Part shown: positions 20,623 to 28,991 of the stretch, one piece after another
How positions within the stretch are numbered: the first letter of the stretch is position 1
Layout of the letters: each line of letters begins with the position of its first letter
Assembly (NCBI GenBank): GCA_015257795.3
Contig: CP072208.2
Location: forward strand, 450,001 to 482,000
DNA: 32,000 nucleotides
From: Candidatus Nanogingivalaceae bacterium
GTDB taxonomy: Bacteria; Patescibacteriota; Saccharimonadia; Saccharimonadales; Saccharimonadaceae
Reading direction: 5' to 3'
Notes under the pieces: generated by a model
What the model was told of the DNA's origin: nothing
Databases searched by the model: none
What the model saw: only the letters and a program-made list of their open reading frames with translations
Translations under genes and position numbers: made by a program

Positions 20623-22842
20623 ATGAAAAGAAAATTTGAAACACTATCTTGGAGTGAACTCAACTGGATGCGCCCGTTTAAAATAGATGATGTGAAATCT
20701 ATGCTGGGTCAACTGGTGGGGTTAACTCGGCGTAAAGCGGTTATTTTTGAAATTCGATTATCTAAGAATCGCGTACGCTATCTATTAGGAACAGAAGAAC
20801 AAGATAAGCGACATATCAGCCAACTAATTCAATCACACCGAGCTATTCAGTTTTCAAGAGCTCCTAAACGCGAAAAACTTTCGGTTGCACGGTTAGTGAA
20901 CATCAAAGAATCTCACTATGCTTTAAAAACGGACTCTGTAGAAAACATGATACGTTCAAGCCTTGCAATTTCAAAAATACTTCAGCCAGATGAAACAGTA
21001 GTTGTTCAGTTGGTCATTGGTGCAGGCTCACCACCTCGGCCGCAGCCAAAAGATTTGCCGAATTTATCCGTTAAATGGTATCAAGTGATTACAAATAATA
21101 TTCCTGAGCTTTCCGAAAACTCCAAAAAGCTGATGAAACAAAAATTAAACCAATCTACTTTTAAGTGTGAAATTCGTCTTGGTGTCCAATCTCGCAGTAT
21201 TTTACGAACAAAAGAATTTTTTGATAGCTTGTTAAGTAGTTTTCGCATGATGGAATCAAATGCAACCATTGAATTAAAACCATTTGCTATCCAAAAACTA
21301 AATCAAGCACAACCTTCTTGGGCTTATCCCTATAGTTTGGGAATTTCAGACCTTGCTTGTTTTCTACTTCTACCAATTGGTGAAGAAAATATTGCAGGCG
21401 TGCCAAATGTTCACCCTAAATTAGTGACTCCGCCTTTGGGCTACAATATTAACCGAAAAAATCAGCGAAGTTTGGCGCAAACGGTTGAAAATCAATCAAG
21501 ACCAATTCAAATTTCAGCACAAGCTGGCAAAAAGCACACCGTTTTTCTCGGCTCAACAGGTTGCGGGAAAACTACTGCCATGAGTCACTTGATTTTATCA
21601 GATATAAAATCTAAACATCATAGTGTAGTTGTGGTGGATGCCAAAGGTCAACTTACTCATGAACTTTTAGAGCGCACACCAACTGAACACGATGAAGATA
21701 CAGTAGTCATTTCACCAACCACCAAACGAGTTGTTGGCATCAATCCTTTTGAACTCACCAAATATGGTATTGAACCCGAAGTTATCGCAGATTATCTACT
21801 GGAGCTATTTAAAGGGCTTTATCCTGAACATTTTGGAATTTACTCGCTGGACATTTTGTCACACAGTTTTCTAACGCTTGCTAGAATTCCAAATACCTCT
21901 TTAGTGATGTTACCAAGTTTGCTCACTAATAAGTCCTTTCGAAATAAACTATTAAGAGAGTTAAAAGACCCAATTGGACTGGAGAGCTTCTGGAACTGGT
22001 TTGAGCTACTCAGTGAAGCCCAACGTCACCAGATATTAAACCCCATTTTGAATAAATTCCGACAGTTTTTGCTTCGTCCGCAACTTCGGGCAATGTTGGG
22101 ACAAACTAATCCAAATTTCAGTCTTGCAGAAATCTTCAAAAGCCGAAAAATCGTATTGATTCCACTAAATAAATCGGTAATCGGTTCAGAATCTGCGAAA
22201 CTCATTGGTAGCCTCATCACTTCAATGCTCTGGATGTTAATTTTGCGCCAGTCGTCAGTTGAGCCAAGCAAACGCCAATCGGTCTTTATCTATATTGATG
22301 AAACACCAAGTTTCCTAGGAATCCCCAATTCTAACTTAGATGAAGCACTTTCACAATCTCGCCAATTTAATGTTGGCTGGAATATCGGCTTCCAGCATCT
22401 TGCACAGATGTCACCTCAGTTAAAAGCTGGTATTGAATCTAATGTTGCGAATAAAATTGTTTTTGGCTTAAATCTTGATGAAGCTCGCGAAATGGCAAAA
22501 TATACTCTGGAGATTGATAAAGAAGATTTTTACAGTTTACCACCATTTTGGGCATATATTCGTACTGAAATTTCACAAAATACTTATCAATGGATTATTG
22601 GTAAAGCCTACCCACCTAAACCAAAAATTAGAGATAGTCGCACGCCATTTTTGAATAGCTTGAGCCGATACGGACAAGATATTTCAGAAATTGAAAGCCA
22701 ATTTGAAAACTACATTTTTGAAAAATCTGCTTCAAAAAATGAAGATTCTAATCAAAAATTAACAGATTTAGGGAGGAAAAAGCGTTCCAATCGCTCTTCG
22801 AATCGTGTTGATGAAGAAAAATCTTCCACCCCTGACAAATAA
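20623..22842 (+). CDS. P-loop DNA-transfer coupling ATPase (TraD/VirD4/TcpA-like, FtsK-HerA superfamily)
   Basis: It has Walker A GSTGCGKT, Walker B VFIYIDETPSF, and a following GFQHLAQM motif. The ATG at 20623, preceded by GGAGG, is preferred over the TTG at 20611. Confidence 0.6.
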   Translation: MKRKFETLSWSELNWMRPFKIDDVKSMLGQLVGLTRRKAVIFEIRLSKNRVRYLLGTEEQDKRHISQLIQSHRAIQFSRAPKREKLSVARLVNIKESHYALKTDSVENMIRSSLAISKILQPDETVVVQLVIGAGSPPRPQPKDLPNLSVKWYQVITNNIPELSENSKKLMKQKLNQSTFKCEIRLGVQSRSILRTKEFFDSLLSSFRMMESNATIELKPFAIQKLNQAQPSWAYPYSLGISDLACFLLLPIGEENIAGVPNVHPKLVTPPLGYNINRKNQRSLAQTVENQSRPIQISAQAGKKHTVFLGSTGCGKTTAMSHLILSDIKSKHHSVVVVDAKGQLTHELLERTPTEHDEDTVVISPTTKRVVGINPFELTKYGIEPEVIADYLLELFKGLYPEHFGIYSLDILSHSFLTLARIPNTSLVMLPSLLTNKSFRNKLLRELKDPIGLESFWNWFELLSEAQRHQILNPILNKFRQFLLRPQLRAMLGQTNPNFSLAEIFKSRKIVLIPLNKSVIGSESAKLIGSLITSMLWMLILRQSSVEPSKRQSVFIYIDETPSFLGIPNSNLDEALSQSRQFNVGWNIGFQHLAQMSPQLKAGIESNVANKIVFGLNLDEAREMAKYTLEIDKEDFYSLPPFWAYIRTEISQNTYQWIIGKAYPPKPKIRDSRTPFLNSLSRYGQDISEIESQFENYIFEKSASKNEDSNQKLTDLGRKKRSNRSSNRVDEEKSSTPDK

Positions 22843-22935
22843 AGGTTTTCAGGATTTTTACTCACACGACTTACTCCGTAACTAAGCACATTTTACAGGA
22901 GCACACCCTTTAAATTTTAATGGAGAACAAAACAG

Positions 22936-23739
22936 ATGAAATGGAATTACAAAATAGATAACAACACGCAAATTCTTTACTTTTTGAGTCAAGCAAGATT
23001 TGCTACCACTAACCAATTAGCCAGACTCTTTTTCGCGGATAGCGCTCGATTTGAGACTACTATTCGCCGCACTAATTTTGCACTGCAAAGCCTGAAGAAA
23101 GCTGGATTGGTTTCACATTTAAAACGACGAGTTGGTGGCGCACGCCGTGGCTCCGCTTCTTATGTTTGGCAAATTACTTTTCAAGGACTAAAATTTCTTA
23201 AAAACCAAGATGAAACAGTTGTTTTGCGTTATAAAAATAAATACGAACCAACCCAGCACCACGTTGAACACACTTTGGGGATTACGGAAATTTTTGTTGA
23301 GACACTGGAGACCGTTCGAGATTCAGAAAAACTGTCGCTTGAAACTTTTTCCTTTGAGCCAAACTCTTGGCGCAGCTACCAAAAACTTTCTGGTGTTGGA
23401 ATGACCCTAAAACCAGATGCTTATTTGGAACTGATTAATCACGATTATGAAGACCATTATTTTCTGGAAATAGACCGAAGCACGGAAAGTCTTGTACGTA
23501 TCCTAAATACTTGTAAGAAATATATTGAATATTATCGGTCAGGTATTGAACAACGACAAAAGGAAGTTTTCCCCTATGTTTTGTGGGTTGTGCCAGACGA
23601 CAAGCGAAAGCTGGCGATTTCGAAAGTGATTCAAAAAGAACTATACAATTTTTGGGAATTATTCACCGTGATTACTTTGGACGAATATTCAGATTATATC
23701 AAAGGAGGTATTTCGAATGAACCAGAAGAATCAAGATAG
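22936..23739 (+). CDS. replication-relaxation (Replic_Relax, PF13814-like) family protein
   Basis: It has an N-terminal wHTH-like region (ILYFLSQARFATTNQLARLFF), a HHVEHTLG motif, and KPDAY...YFLEIDRSTES (PD-ExD/K-like). It is adjacent to the coupling ATPase, as is usual for this family. The assignment is from memory. Confidence 0.6.
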   Translation: MKWNYKIDNNTQILYFLSQARFATTNQLARLFFADSARFETTIRRTNFALQSLKKAGLVSHLKRRVGGARRGSASYVWQITFQGLKFLKNQDETVVLRYKNKYEPTQHHVEHTLGITEIFVETLETVRDSEKLSLETFSFEPNSWRSYQKLSGVGMTLKPDAYLELINHDYEDHYFLEIDRSTESLVRILNTCKKYIEYYRSGIEQRQKEVFPYVLWVVPDDKRKLAISKVIQKELYNFWELFTVITLDEYSDYIKGGISNEPEESR

Positions 23740-23884
23740 AGACTCAAAACAGGCTTCACACACCGCCGATGAAATTTGTCGAATTGGTCGAACGACTTAC
23801 TTAATCCGTCACCGTTTTACTGGAAATCGCAATCTTGAAAATGTCCTAGAAAGGTTGATTTTAAGCGATAAATCACTACTTTAA
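23717..23884 (+). CDS. TnpW-like small protein (55 aa)
   Basis: Translates as MNQKNQDRDSKQASHTADEICRIGRTTYLIRHRFTGNRNLENVLERLILSDKSLL. The IGxTTYxVxxxF...LExxLxRLI pattern recalls TnpW peptides that sit next to large serine recombinases. An AAAGGAGG SD is present, and it overlaps the previous gene's end. Confidence 0.5.
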   Translation: MNQKNQDRDSKQASHTADEICRIGRTTYLIRHRFTGNRNLENVLERLILSDKSLL

Positions 23885-23896
23885 CAGTAGTAAAAA

Positions 23897-23905
23897 TGGT
23901 ATAAT
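23897..23905 (+). promoter_or_regulatory. extended -10 element upstream of the large serine recombinase
   Basis: TGgTATAAT. No good -35 was seen. Confidence 0.35.
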
Positions 23906-23945
23906 AGAGGTATAAGGTGTGTGAACTCCAAAAGGAGAAAAACAC

Positions 23946-25649
23946 ATGAACAGAACTTTGACAATTTCAGATTATAGACAAGTAGATACTTCAAAACTTT
24001 CAGATATTACGGTAGTTTATTGTCGCTTAAGTCAAGACGATGGTCTGGACGGAGACAGTAACTCGATTACCAATCAGAAGAAAATTCTGCTTGATGTAGT
24101 TACAAGAGAAAATCTCCCCAATCCTATTTTGTTTGTTGACGATGGCTTTAGTGGCACAAATTTTGACCGTCCAGCTATTTCGGAAGCACTTAGACTAGTG
24201 GAAAATCGACAAGTTTCAAACTTTATCGTTAAGGATTTGAGCCGTTTAGGGCGGTCTTATATCAAGGTTGGTCAACTAACGGAAATTACTTTTCCGAGCT
24301 TTGATGTTCGCTTTATCGCCTTAAATGATGGCGTAGATTCGAATAAACCTAATGAAACTAATTCAATTTTCTTGCCAATCAAGAGTCTAATGGATGAAAT
24401 GTATGCGGCAGATACCAGCAAGAAGATTCGGGCGGTGGTTCAAGCTAAAGCCAAAGCTGGCGAGCGTGTAACTACTAACCCACCTTACGGCTATCTCAAA
24501 GATTCAAACAACCCTAAAAATTGGATTGTTGACCCAGTTGCCAGCGAAGTTGTGAAACGGATTTTTCAAGAAGCGAAAAGCGGAAAAAGCCTTTCGGAGA
24601 TTGCTAAAGGGTTAGAAAATGACAAAATTTTTAAACCAGACCGCCACCGAATAGAAATCGGTTTGAAGTCTATTTCTTCCAGCCCAAATGTGGAAACTTT
24701 GCCTTATTTTTGGACGCGAGAAACCCTAAGCGCTATCTTAGGGCGTGAAGAGTATCTTGGGCATACTGTCAATCTTCGAACTCGCACGAAATCTTATAAA
24801 GATAAACGTAAAGTAGATAACCCAAAAGAAAATTGGCTGATTTTCAAAAATACTCATGAAGCAATTATCGACCAAGAAACTTTTGATATTGTTCGAAAAA
24901 TCCGAAATCATAAGCGGTCTAATCAACGGTATAAAAATCGGACTGGTCACGAGAATTTGTTTGCGGGATTGGTTTTTTGCGGAACTTGTGGGCGAAAGCA
25001 TTATTTTTGCCCACAAGAGAAAAATGGACTCAACCACGACCATTACAAGTGTTCTGGCTACCGTAAGCCGATTGATGGTTGTGAAAATCCCCACTATATT
25101 CAAAAATCTGCCTTGATTGAGATTGTGAGTGGTAAGCTCCGCCAAACTATTCAGGAAATCCACTTCGACCAAGAAGCCTTTTTGAAAAAGTTAGAACAGC
25201 AAAGCCAAGCTCAATTCAGCAAAAATAATAAACGCCAGCGCCAGCAACTCCAAAAGGATGAACACCGCTCTAAAGATATTGACAGCATCATTCAGAAGCT
25301 TTATGAAGATAATCTACTTGGAAAAATTTCAGATGAACGCTTTGTGAAGCTAAGTCAGAGCTATGAAGAAGAACAGAAACAACTTCAAACTTCCATTTCT
25401 GATTTAACTGAAAAACTCGCCAAACAACAAGAAGATAGCTTGAATATCTCCAAGTTTATGGCGAGAATTTCAAAATATACAGAGCTTCCAAAATTAACCG
25501 TTGAAATAGTGAATGAACTGATTGACAAGATTGTTATTCAGAAACCAACTGGCACGAAACGCAATCGAATTATTCAGGTTGACATTTACTACAATTTCAT
25601 CGGAAAATTAAATAATGAAAAAAGCGAGCCAAACAACTGGGCTCGCTAA
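23946..25649 (+). CDS. large serine recombinase (TnpX/TndX/phage-integrase type)
   Basis: 567-aa ORF with the catalytic VVYCRLSQDDG...SNSITNQK motif, DLSRLGR, a recombinase domain, a Cys-rich zinc ribbon (CGTCGRKHYFC...YKCSGY...C) and a C-terminal coiled coil. Confidence 0.92.
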   Translation: MNRTLTISDYRQVDTSKLSDITVVYCRLSQDDGLDGDSNSITNQKKILLDVVTRENLPNPILFVDDGFSGTNFDRPAISEALRLVENRQVSNFIVKDLSRLGRSYIKVGQLTEITFPSFDVRFIALNDGVDSNKPNETNSIFLPIKSLMDEMYAADTSKKIRAVVQAKAKAGERVTTNPPYGYLKDSNNPKNWIVDPVASEVVKRIFQEAKSGKSLSEIAKGLENDKIFKPDRHRIEIGLKSISSSPNVETLPYFWTRETLSAILGREEYLGHTVNLRTRTKSYKDKRKVDNPKENWLIFKNTHEAIIDQETFDIVRKIRNHKRSNQRYKNRTGHENLFAGLVFCGTCGRKHYFCPQEKNGLNHDHYKCSGYRKPIDGCENPHYIQKSALIEIVSGKLRQTIQEIHFDQEAFLKKLEQQSQAQFSKNNKRQRQQLQKDEHRSKDIDSIIQKLYEDNLLGKISDERFVKLSQSYEEEQKQLQTSISDLTEKLAKQQEDSLNISKFMARISKYTELPKLTVEIVNELIDKIVIQKPTGTKRNRIIQVDIYYNFIGKLNNEKSEPNNWAR

Positions 25650-25677
25650 TATTAACCCATTTAACTAAACTGCTATA

Positions 25678-25702
25678 TGTCAGGTCAGCTGATGCGGGTT
25701 TT
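25678..25702. repeat. candidate right junction (attR-like) of the integrated element
   Basis: TGTCAGG-TCAGCTGAT-GCGGGTTTT. This is the mirror image of 13498-13523. Confidence 0.5.
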
Positions 25703-25715
25703 AAACTATTAAAAT

Positions 25716-27473
25716 TTATTTTCCAAAAATTAACCTTAGATAATCCTTCATCATTCGAGAGCCAGAAATTACAGGAATATAGCCCTTCAATTGCTTTCGA
25801 ATCTGTTTTTCAAGCAAATAATCATCTTTAAAAATTTGCCCAGCACGATTCATTTGAAGATATAAGTTTTTGACTTCTTCGTCATAATTTACACCGCTAA
25901 CTTCTAAACACGGCGTTGGTGAAATATCTGCAACCCCACCATCCGCAGTCGAAATTAACATCTTCAAATTTGCTAAATCCTTCATAAATGACGTACCGCA
26001 AGCCTCAAGACCAACAATCGGTACATTTATCGCCACGTCTGAACCTACCGCTAAAGCTAAACCCAATTCCTCGTCATAATCCTGAATGAAATGCACTCGT
26101 TCTCTCAAAAAATCATCAGATTCAATTTTCGAAAGCACCGAGTTTAAAGTTGCTCGCATCTTTACATCACCTTGATGAACTTTTCCAGTTAAAATGTAGT
26201 GCGCGTTGTTATTTCTCAAGATTTGTCGAAGCTCTTCCATATTTTCGAAAGGCATCCATGGGCGCTTATAAGATACAAAACGCCGCTTGAAATCAAAAAG
26301 CATTGCATCTTCAGGAATTTGCACCACATGGCCATATTGATCTTTTCGATGTAACAGAATTTCATTCAACTTCTTGCGCCCAAGTTTTCGAAAGTTTCGA
26401 ATATCCATTGAAGAAATCTTAGATAGGTTTTCTTTATAATTTTCTGTTGGCAGATCAAATTTATCAAATACCGCTTTATCTCGAAAATCTTCTAGAATTT
26501 CAGGCAAAACCCAAGTTGGCAGATCAATACCGTTAGTAACAGCCTTAAATTTAACCTTGTCCCCATTTATGTCTCGATAATCTGCAACGTTTGCGTGCAG
26601 TCTTGAAACACCATTCTTTGCTTCAGCTAATTCGATCGTAAGTGTTGAAAGCTTTAACTTCCCGTCTCTGAATAATCCCGAAATCCATGTTTTTAATGCA
26701 GAAGATTCTATATTTGGCATTACGATTCTATCAAATTGGTCATAAGAAAACTCACTTTCGGCAGCCTGAACTAATGTGTGGTTTGTGTAAAGTGTATGTT
26801 TTCGAACGTATACGATCGCTTCGTAAAGATTCATCCCATTCCGAACAAGCTCATCAAGCCGAGCAACTGCAGCAAAAATAGTAGCAGTTTCATTTAGCTG
26901 TATAACCGATGGCTTTAGGCCAACCATTTTTAATGCTTTGTACCCACCAAAACCAAGCGAAACTTCTTGATACAATCGATGATCACCCGATCCATCGCCA
27001 GCATAAAGTTCACCAAAATTACTTTCACTCATAGTCAAAAAACGCGTTGTTCCAAGAATTTTTTGGAAAATATTTAGGCGTGCTGGTGGCATATTTTTAG
27101 TATAAATCTCAACATCATCAAGATATTCAAAACCAAAATCTTCTGGATTAACCGAAATGAACTCTTCTCTTTGGTCAAGATTATAAATCGACTGATGTAA
27201 TTCTTGTCGATAAAATGGTGTTATGCAAACAAATGGAATTTCAAGCTTTTCAGCAACGCGTCGCGTATCCGCGGCTAAAACACCTAAACCACCACCACCT
27301 TTAATGCCGTTGCTCTTATCGTAAACTTCCATTGTAAAATAGACATACGGACGATCTAACGAAAGTTTTTTAGTTAAATTTTCACGGTTGATCGCAGTGT
27401 AAAATTCAGCAACATCCTCAATATTCTGCTTTTGATAACTTTTATTTATTTTTTCGAAATAACTTCCCACCAT
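25716..27473 (-). CDS. glgP: alpha-glucan phosphorylase family protein (GT35)
   Basis: 585-aa ORF with NGVSRLH, VTNGIDLPTW and EACGTSFMK (PLP-lysine region) motifs. Confidence 0.85.
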   Translation of the reverse strand: MVGSYFEKINKSYQKQNIEDVAEFYTAINRENLTKKLSLDRPYVYFTMEVYDKSNGIKGGGGLGVLAADTRRVAEKLEIPFVCITPFYRQELHQSIYNLDQREEFISVNPEDFGFEYLDDVEIYTKNMPPARLNIFQKILGTTRFLTMSESNFGELYAGDGSGDHRLYQEVSLGFGGYKALKMVGLKPSVIQLNETATIFAAVARLDELVRNGMNLYEAIVYVRKHTLYTNHTLVQAAESEFSYDQFDRIVMPNIESSALKTWISGLFRDGKLKLSTLTIELAEAKNGVSRLHANVADYRDINGDKVKFKAVTNGIDLPTWVLPEILEDFRDKAVFDKFDLPTENYKENLSKISSMDIRNFRKLGRKKLNEILLHRKDQYGHVVQIPEDAMLFDFKRRFVSYKRPWMPFENMEELRQILRNNNAHYILTGKVHQGDVKMRATLNSVLSKIESDDFLRERVHFIQDYDEELGLALAVGSDVAINVPIVGLEACGTSFMKDLANLKMLISTADGGVADISPTPCLEVSGVNYDEEVKNLYLQMNRAGQIFKDDYLLEKQIRKQLKGYIPVISGSRMMKDYLRLIFGK

Positions 27474-27504
27474 TTTTCCTTTTTTACATTATTCTTATGT
27501 TTAT

Positions 27505-27533
27505 ATTCTACCAAACTTCGCATTTTTTCGCAA
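27505..27533 (-). promoter_or_regulatory. glgP promoter
   Basis: Minus strand TTGCGA, 17-nt spacer, TGgTAGAAT. It lies back-to-back with the plus-strand promoter at 27538. Confidence 0.45.
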
Positions 27534-27537
27534 ATTA

Positions 27538-27566
27538 TTGACAAATATTTTTTAATATTGTATAAT
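27538..27566 (+). promoter_or_regulatory. consensus promoter of the 35-aa peptide gene
   Basis: TTGACA, 17-nt spacer, TATAAT. Confidence 0.65.
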
Positions 27567-27597
27567 TTTGAATATTCTATACTTGGAGGTACATTTT

Positions 27598-27705
27598 ATG
27601 CAAAACGGCAACAAAAAGAAAGATAAATCTCTCGCAAATATTTTAGAGGGCGTAGTTTACTTGATTATCTATTTAATTATTATATGTGCACATATAGCTA
27701 AATAA
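27598..27705 (+). CDS. small hydrophobic peptide (35 aa)
   Basis: Translates as MQNGNKKKDKSLANILEGVVYLIIYLIIICAHIAK. A GGAGG SD is present. It is below the ORF-track cutoff. Confidence 0.5.
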   Translation: MQNGNKKKDKSLANILEGVVYLIIYLIIICAHIAK

Positions 27706-27778
27706 TTTTATACAGAAAGGATAATCATAATACTCACTATTTACAAAGTCAGTCTATAGTTTATTTTGAGGTACTTGT

Positions 27779-28054
27779 ATGAGTAAAGATAATTATAATA
27801 ATAATGATGGGTGCTTTTCCTTTTTATTATTAATAGCGCTGTGCTGCTGTCTTGTCTTTGGCTTTATATCATACATAGATATGAAGCCTAAAGATGAGAT
27901 AAAAGAAGAGATCATTAAAAAAGGAGACGAGTTTTCGGTAGATAGCGAAGATCTATCGAAATATATAGATGTCCTAGAAGATTTAAATCTTAGTTATAAG
28001 ACATCTAAAGATGGCGACAAAATAATAATTAAGATTAATCGCCCTAACAAATAA
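27779..28054 (+). CDS. hypothetical membrane-anchored protein (91 aa)
   Basis: It has an N-terminal TM helix (FSFLLLIALCCCLVFGFISYI), a GAGG SD, and a terminator that follows. Confidence 0.6.
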   Translation: MSKDNYNNNDGCFSFLLLIALCCCLVFGFISYIDMKPKDEIKEEIIKKGDEFSVDSEDLSKYIDVLEDLNLSYKTSKDGDKIIIKINRPNK

Positions 28055-28080
28055 GTCAGCAAATATTTGCTGGCTTTTTC
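28055..28080 (+). terminator. intrinsic terminator
   Basis: CAGCAAATATTTGCTG palindrome followed by a T-run. Confidence 0.7.
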
Positions 28081-28087
28081 TTTTTTC

Positions 28088-28126
28088 AAAAAAAATAAAA
28101 TCACCTTTCGAAATGAAAAGTGATTT
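28088..28126 (-). terminator. intrinsic terminator after rpsP
   Basis: Minus strand AATCACTTTTCATTTCGAAAGGTGATT followed by TTATTTTTTTT. Confidence 0.65.
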
Positions 28127-28132
28127 TTAGCT

Positions 28133-28471
28133 TTAAGCTTCTTCTGAAACTTCTTCTTTTGGTTGGTTGCGGCGAAGTTTTTCAACATTTTTAATCGCAC
28201 GAGTTTTTTGTGTAGGTTTTTTAACCCATTTTGGCATTTCAATTCCTGCATCTTCCAAAAGTTTTACAACTCGTGGAGTTGGTTGTGCGCCGTTATAAAG
28301 ATATTTTTCAGCCAATTCTTTTTCGATCTTAGCTTCTTTTGTATGTGGGTTATATGAACCAACATAGCTAACCACGCGCCCACTCGACGGATGTCGATGC
28401 GCTTCCTGAACCGCTACGCGATAAACAGGATAACCTTTGCGACCTAATCGCTGTAATCTGATTGCTAGCAT
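28133..28471 (-). CDS. rpsP: 30S ribosomal protein S16 (with basic C-terminal extension)
   Basis: The N-terminus MLAIRLQRLGRKGYPVYRVAV...GSYNP is the canonical S16 N-terminus. Confidence 0.95.
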   Translation of the reverse strand: MLAIRLQRLGRKGYPVYRVAVQEAHRHPSSGRVVSYVGSYNPHTKEAKIEKELAEKYLYNGAQPTPRVVKLLEDAGIEMPKWVKKPTQKTRAIKNVEKLRRNQPKEEVSEEA

Positions 28472-28510
28472 TTAGATTATTTCCCTTTTATTAACTTTTA
28501 TAGCTCTTAT

Positions 28511-28539
28511 ATTTTATCAAAAAATAACAAAAAATGCAA
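28511..28539 (-). promoter_or_regulatory. rpsP promoter
   Basis: Minus strand TTGCAT, 17-nt spacer, TAAAAT. Confidence 0.55.
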
Positions 28540-28555
28540 TAGCTTTTTTATGATA

Positions 28556-28584
28556 TTGACTAATCTATAAAAATATTGTATAAT
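28556..28584 (+). promoter_or_regulatory. promoter of the 118-aa ORF
   Basis: TTGACT, 17-nt spacer, TATAAT. Confidence 0.6.
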
Positions 28585-28619
28585 TTAACGTATCATAGCA
28601 CTTTTTGGGGGTATAAAAA

Positions 28620-28976
28620 ATGATTTCAAAAGAAAAATGGACAGAAATAAAGCTAAGTTGGGCAAGATACCGCAATGAGTATTTGTTTACAATAGCGTCC
28701 TGTATAGTTTTATTATTAGGAATTTGGGTTTTGGCAATTAAGCCTGCTATAGACGAGGATCATAACGAAACGTTAGTTGAGTTAAAAACTAAACTTCTTC
28801 AAAATATCAAAGACAATTCTGCAACTCTAGAATTTTCTAACGAGAATGAAGCCGTAGAAGCAAAATCAAATCTCGAAGAAATTTCAAGAAATGATAATAT
28901 TCATTTTCGAAATATTAAACTTTCGAAAAATGGCGAAAAAACCGAAATTAAAGTTCAATTCAAAAGCGCAAAATAG
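28620..28976 (+). CDS. hypothetical membrane-anchored protein (118 aa)
   Basis: It has a TM helix (LFTIASCIVLLLGIWVLAI) and its own promoter and terminator. Confidence 0.6.
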   Translation: MISKEKWTEIKLSWARYRNEYLFTIASCIVLLLGIWVLAIKPAIDEDHNETLVELKTKLLQNIKDNSATLEFSNENEAVEAKSNLEEISRNDNIHFRNIKLSKNGEKTEIKVQFKSAK

Positions 28977-28990
28977 ATTGCGCTTTTTTC
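28962..28990. terminator. bidirectional terminator between the 118-aa ORF and rimK
   Basis: AAAAGCGCA-aaatagat-TGCGCTTTT hairpin with a T-run. It overlaps the stop codon. Confidence 0.65.
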
Positions 28991-28991
28991 T

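Larger units (their letters stand above)
13507..25693. mobile_element. integrative mobilizable element (about 12.2 kb, large-serine-recombinase type)
   Basis: It is bounded by mirror-image junctions. Its content is a recombinase, TnpW-like peptide, Replic_Relax-like protein, coupling ATPase, IS and orphan cargo, and it is flanked by housekeeping genes. The exact crossover points are not resolvable by eye. Confidence 0.7.

Noticed and set aside
25623-25649. The hairpin AGCGAGCC...GGCTCGCT at the 3' end of the large serine recombinase gene as a terminator.
   Set aside because: No T-run follows it, and it overlaps the last codons. It may be structural, but the evidence for an intrinsic terminator is weak.
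27598-27780. A type I toxin-antitoxin interpretation of the 35-aa hydrophobic peptide with a consensus promoter.
   Set aside because: I could not find a convincing antisense promoter or a complementary small-RNA gene nearby. It is kept only as a small membrane peptide CDS.
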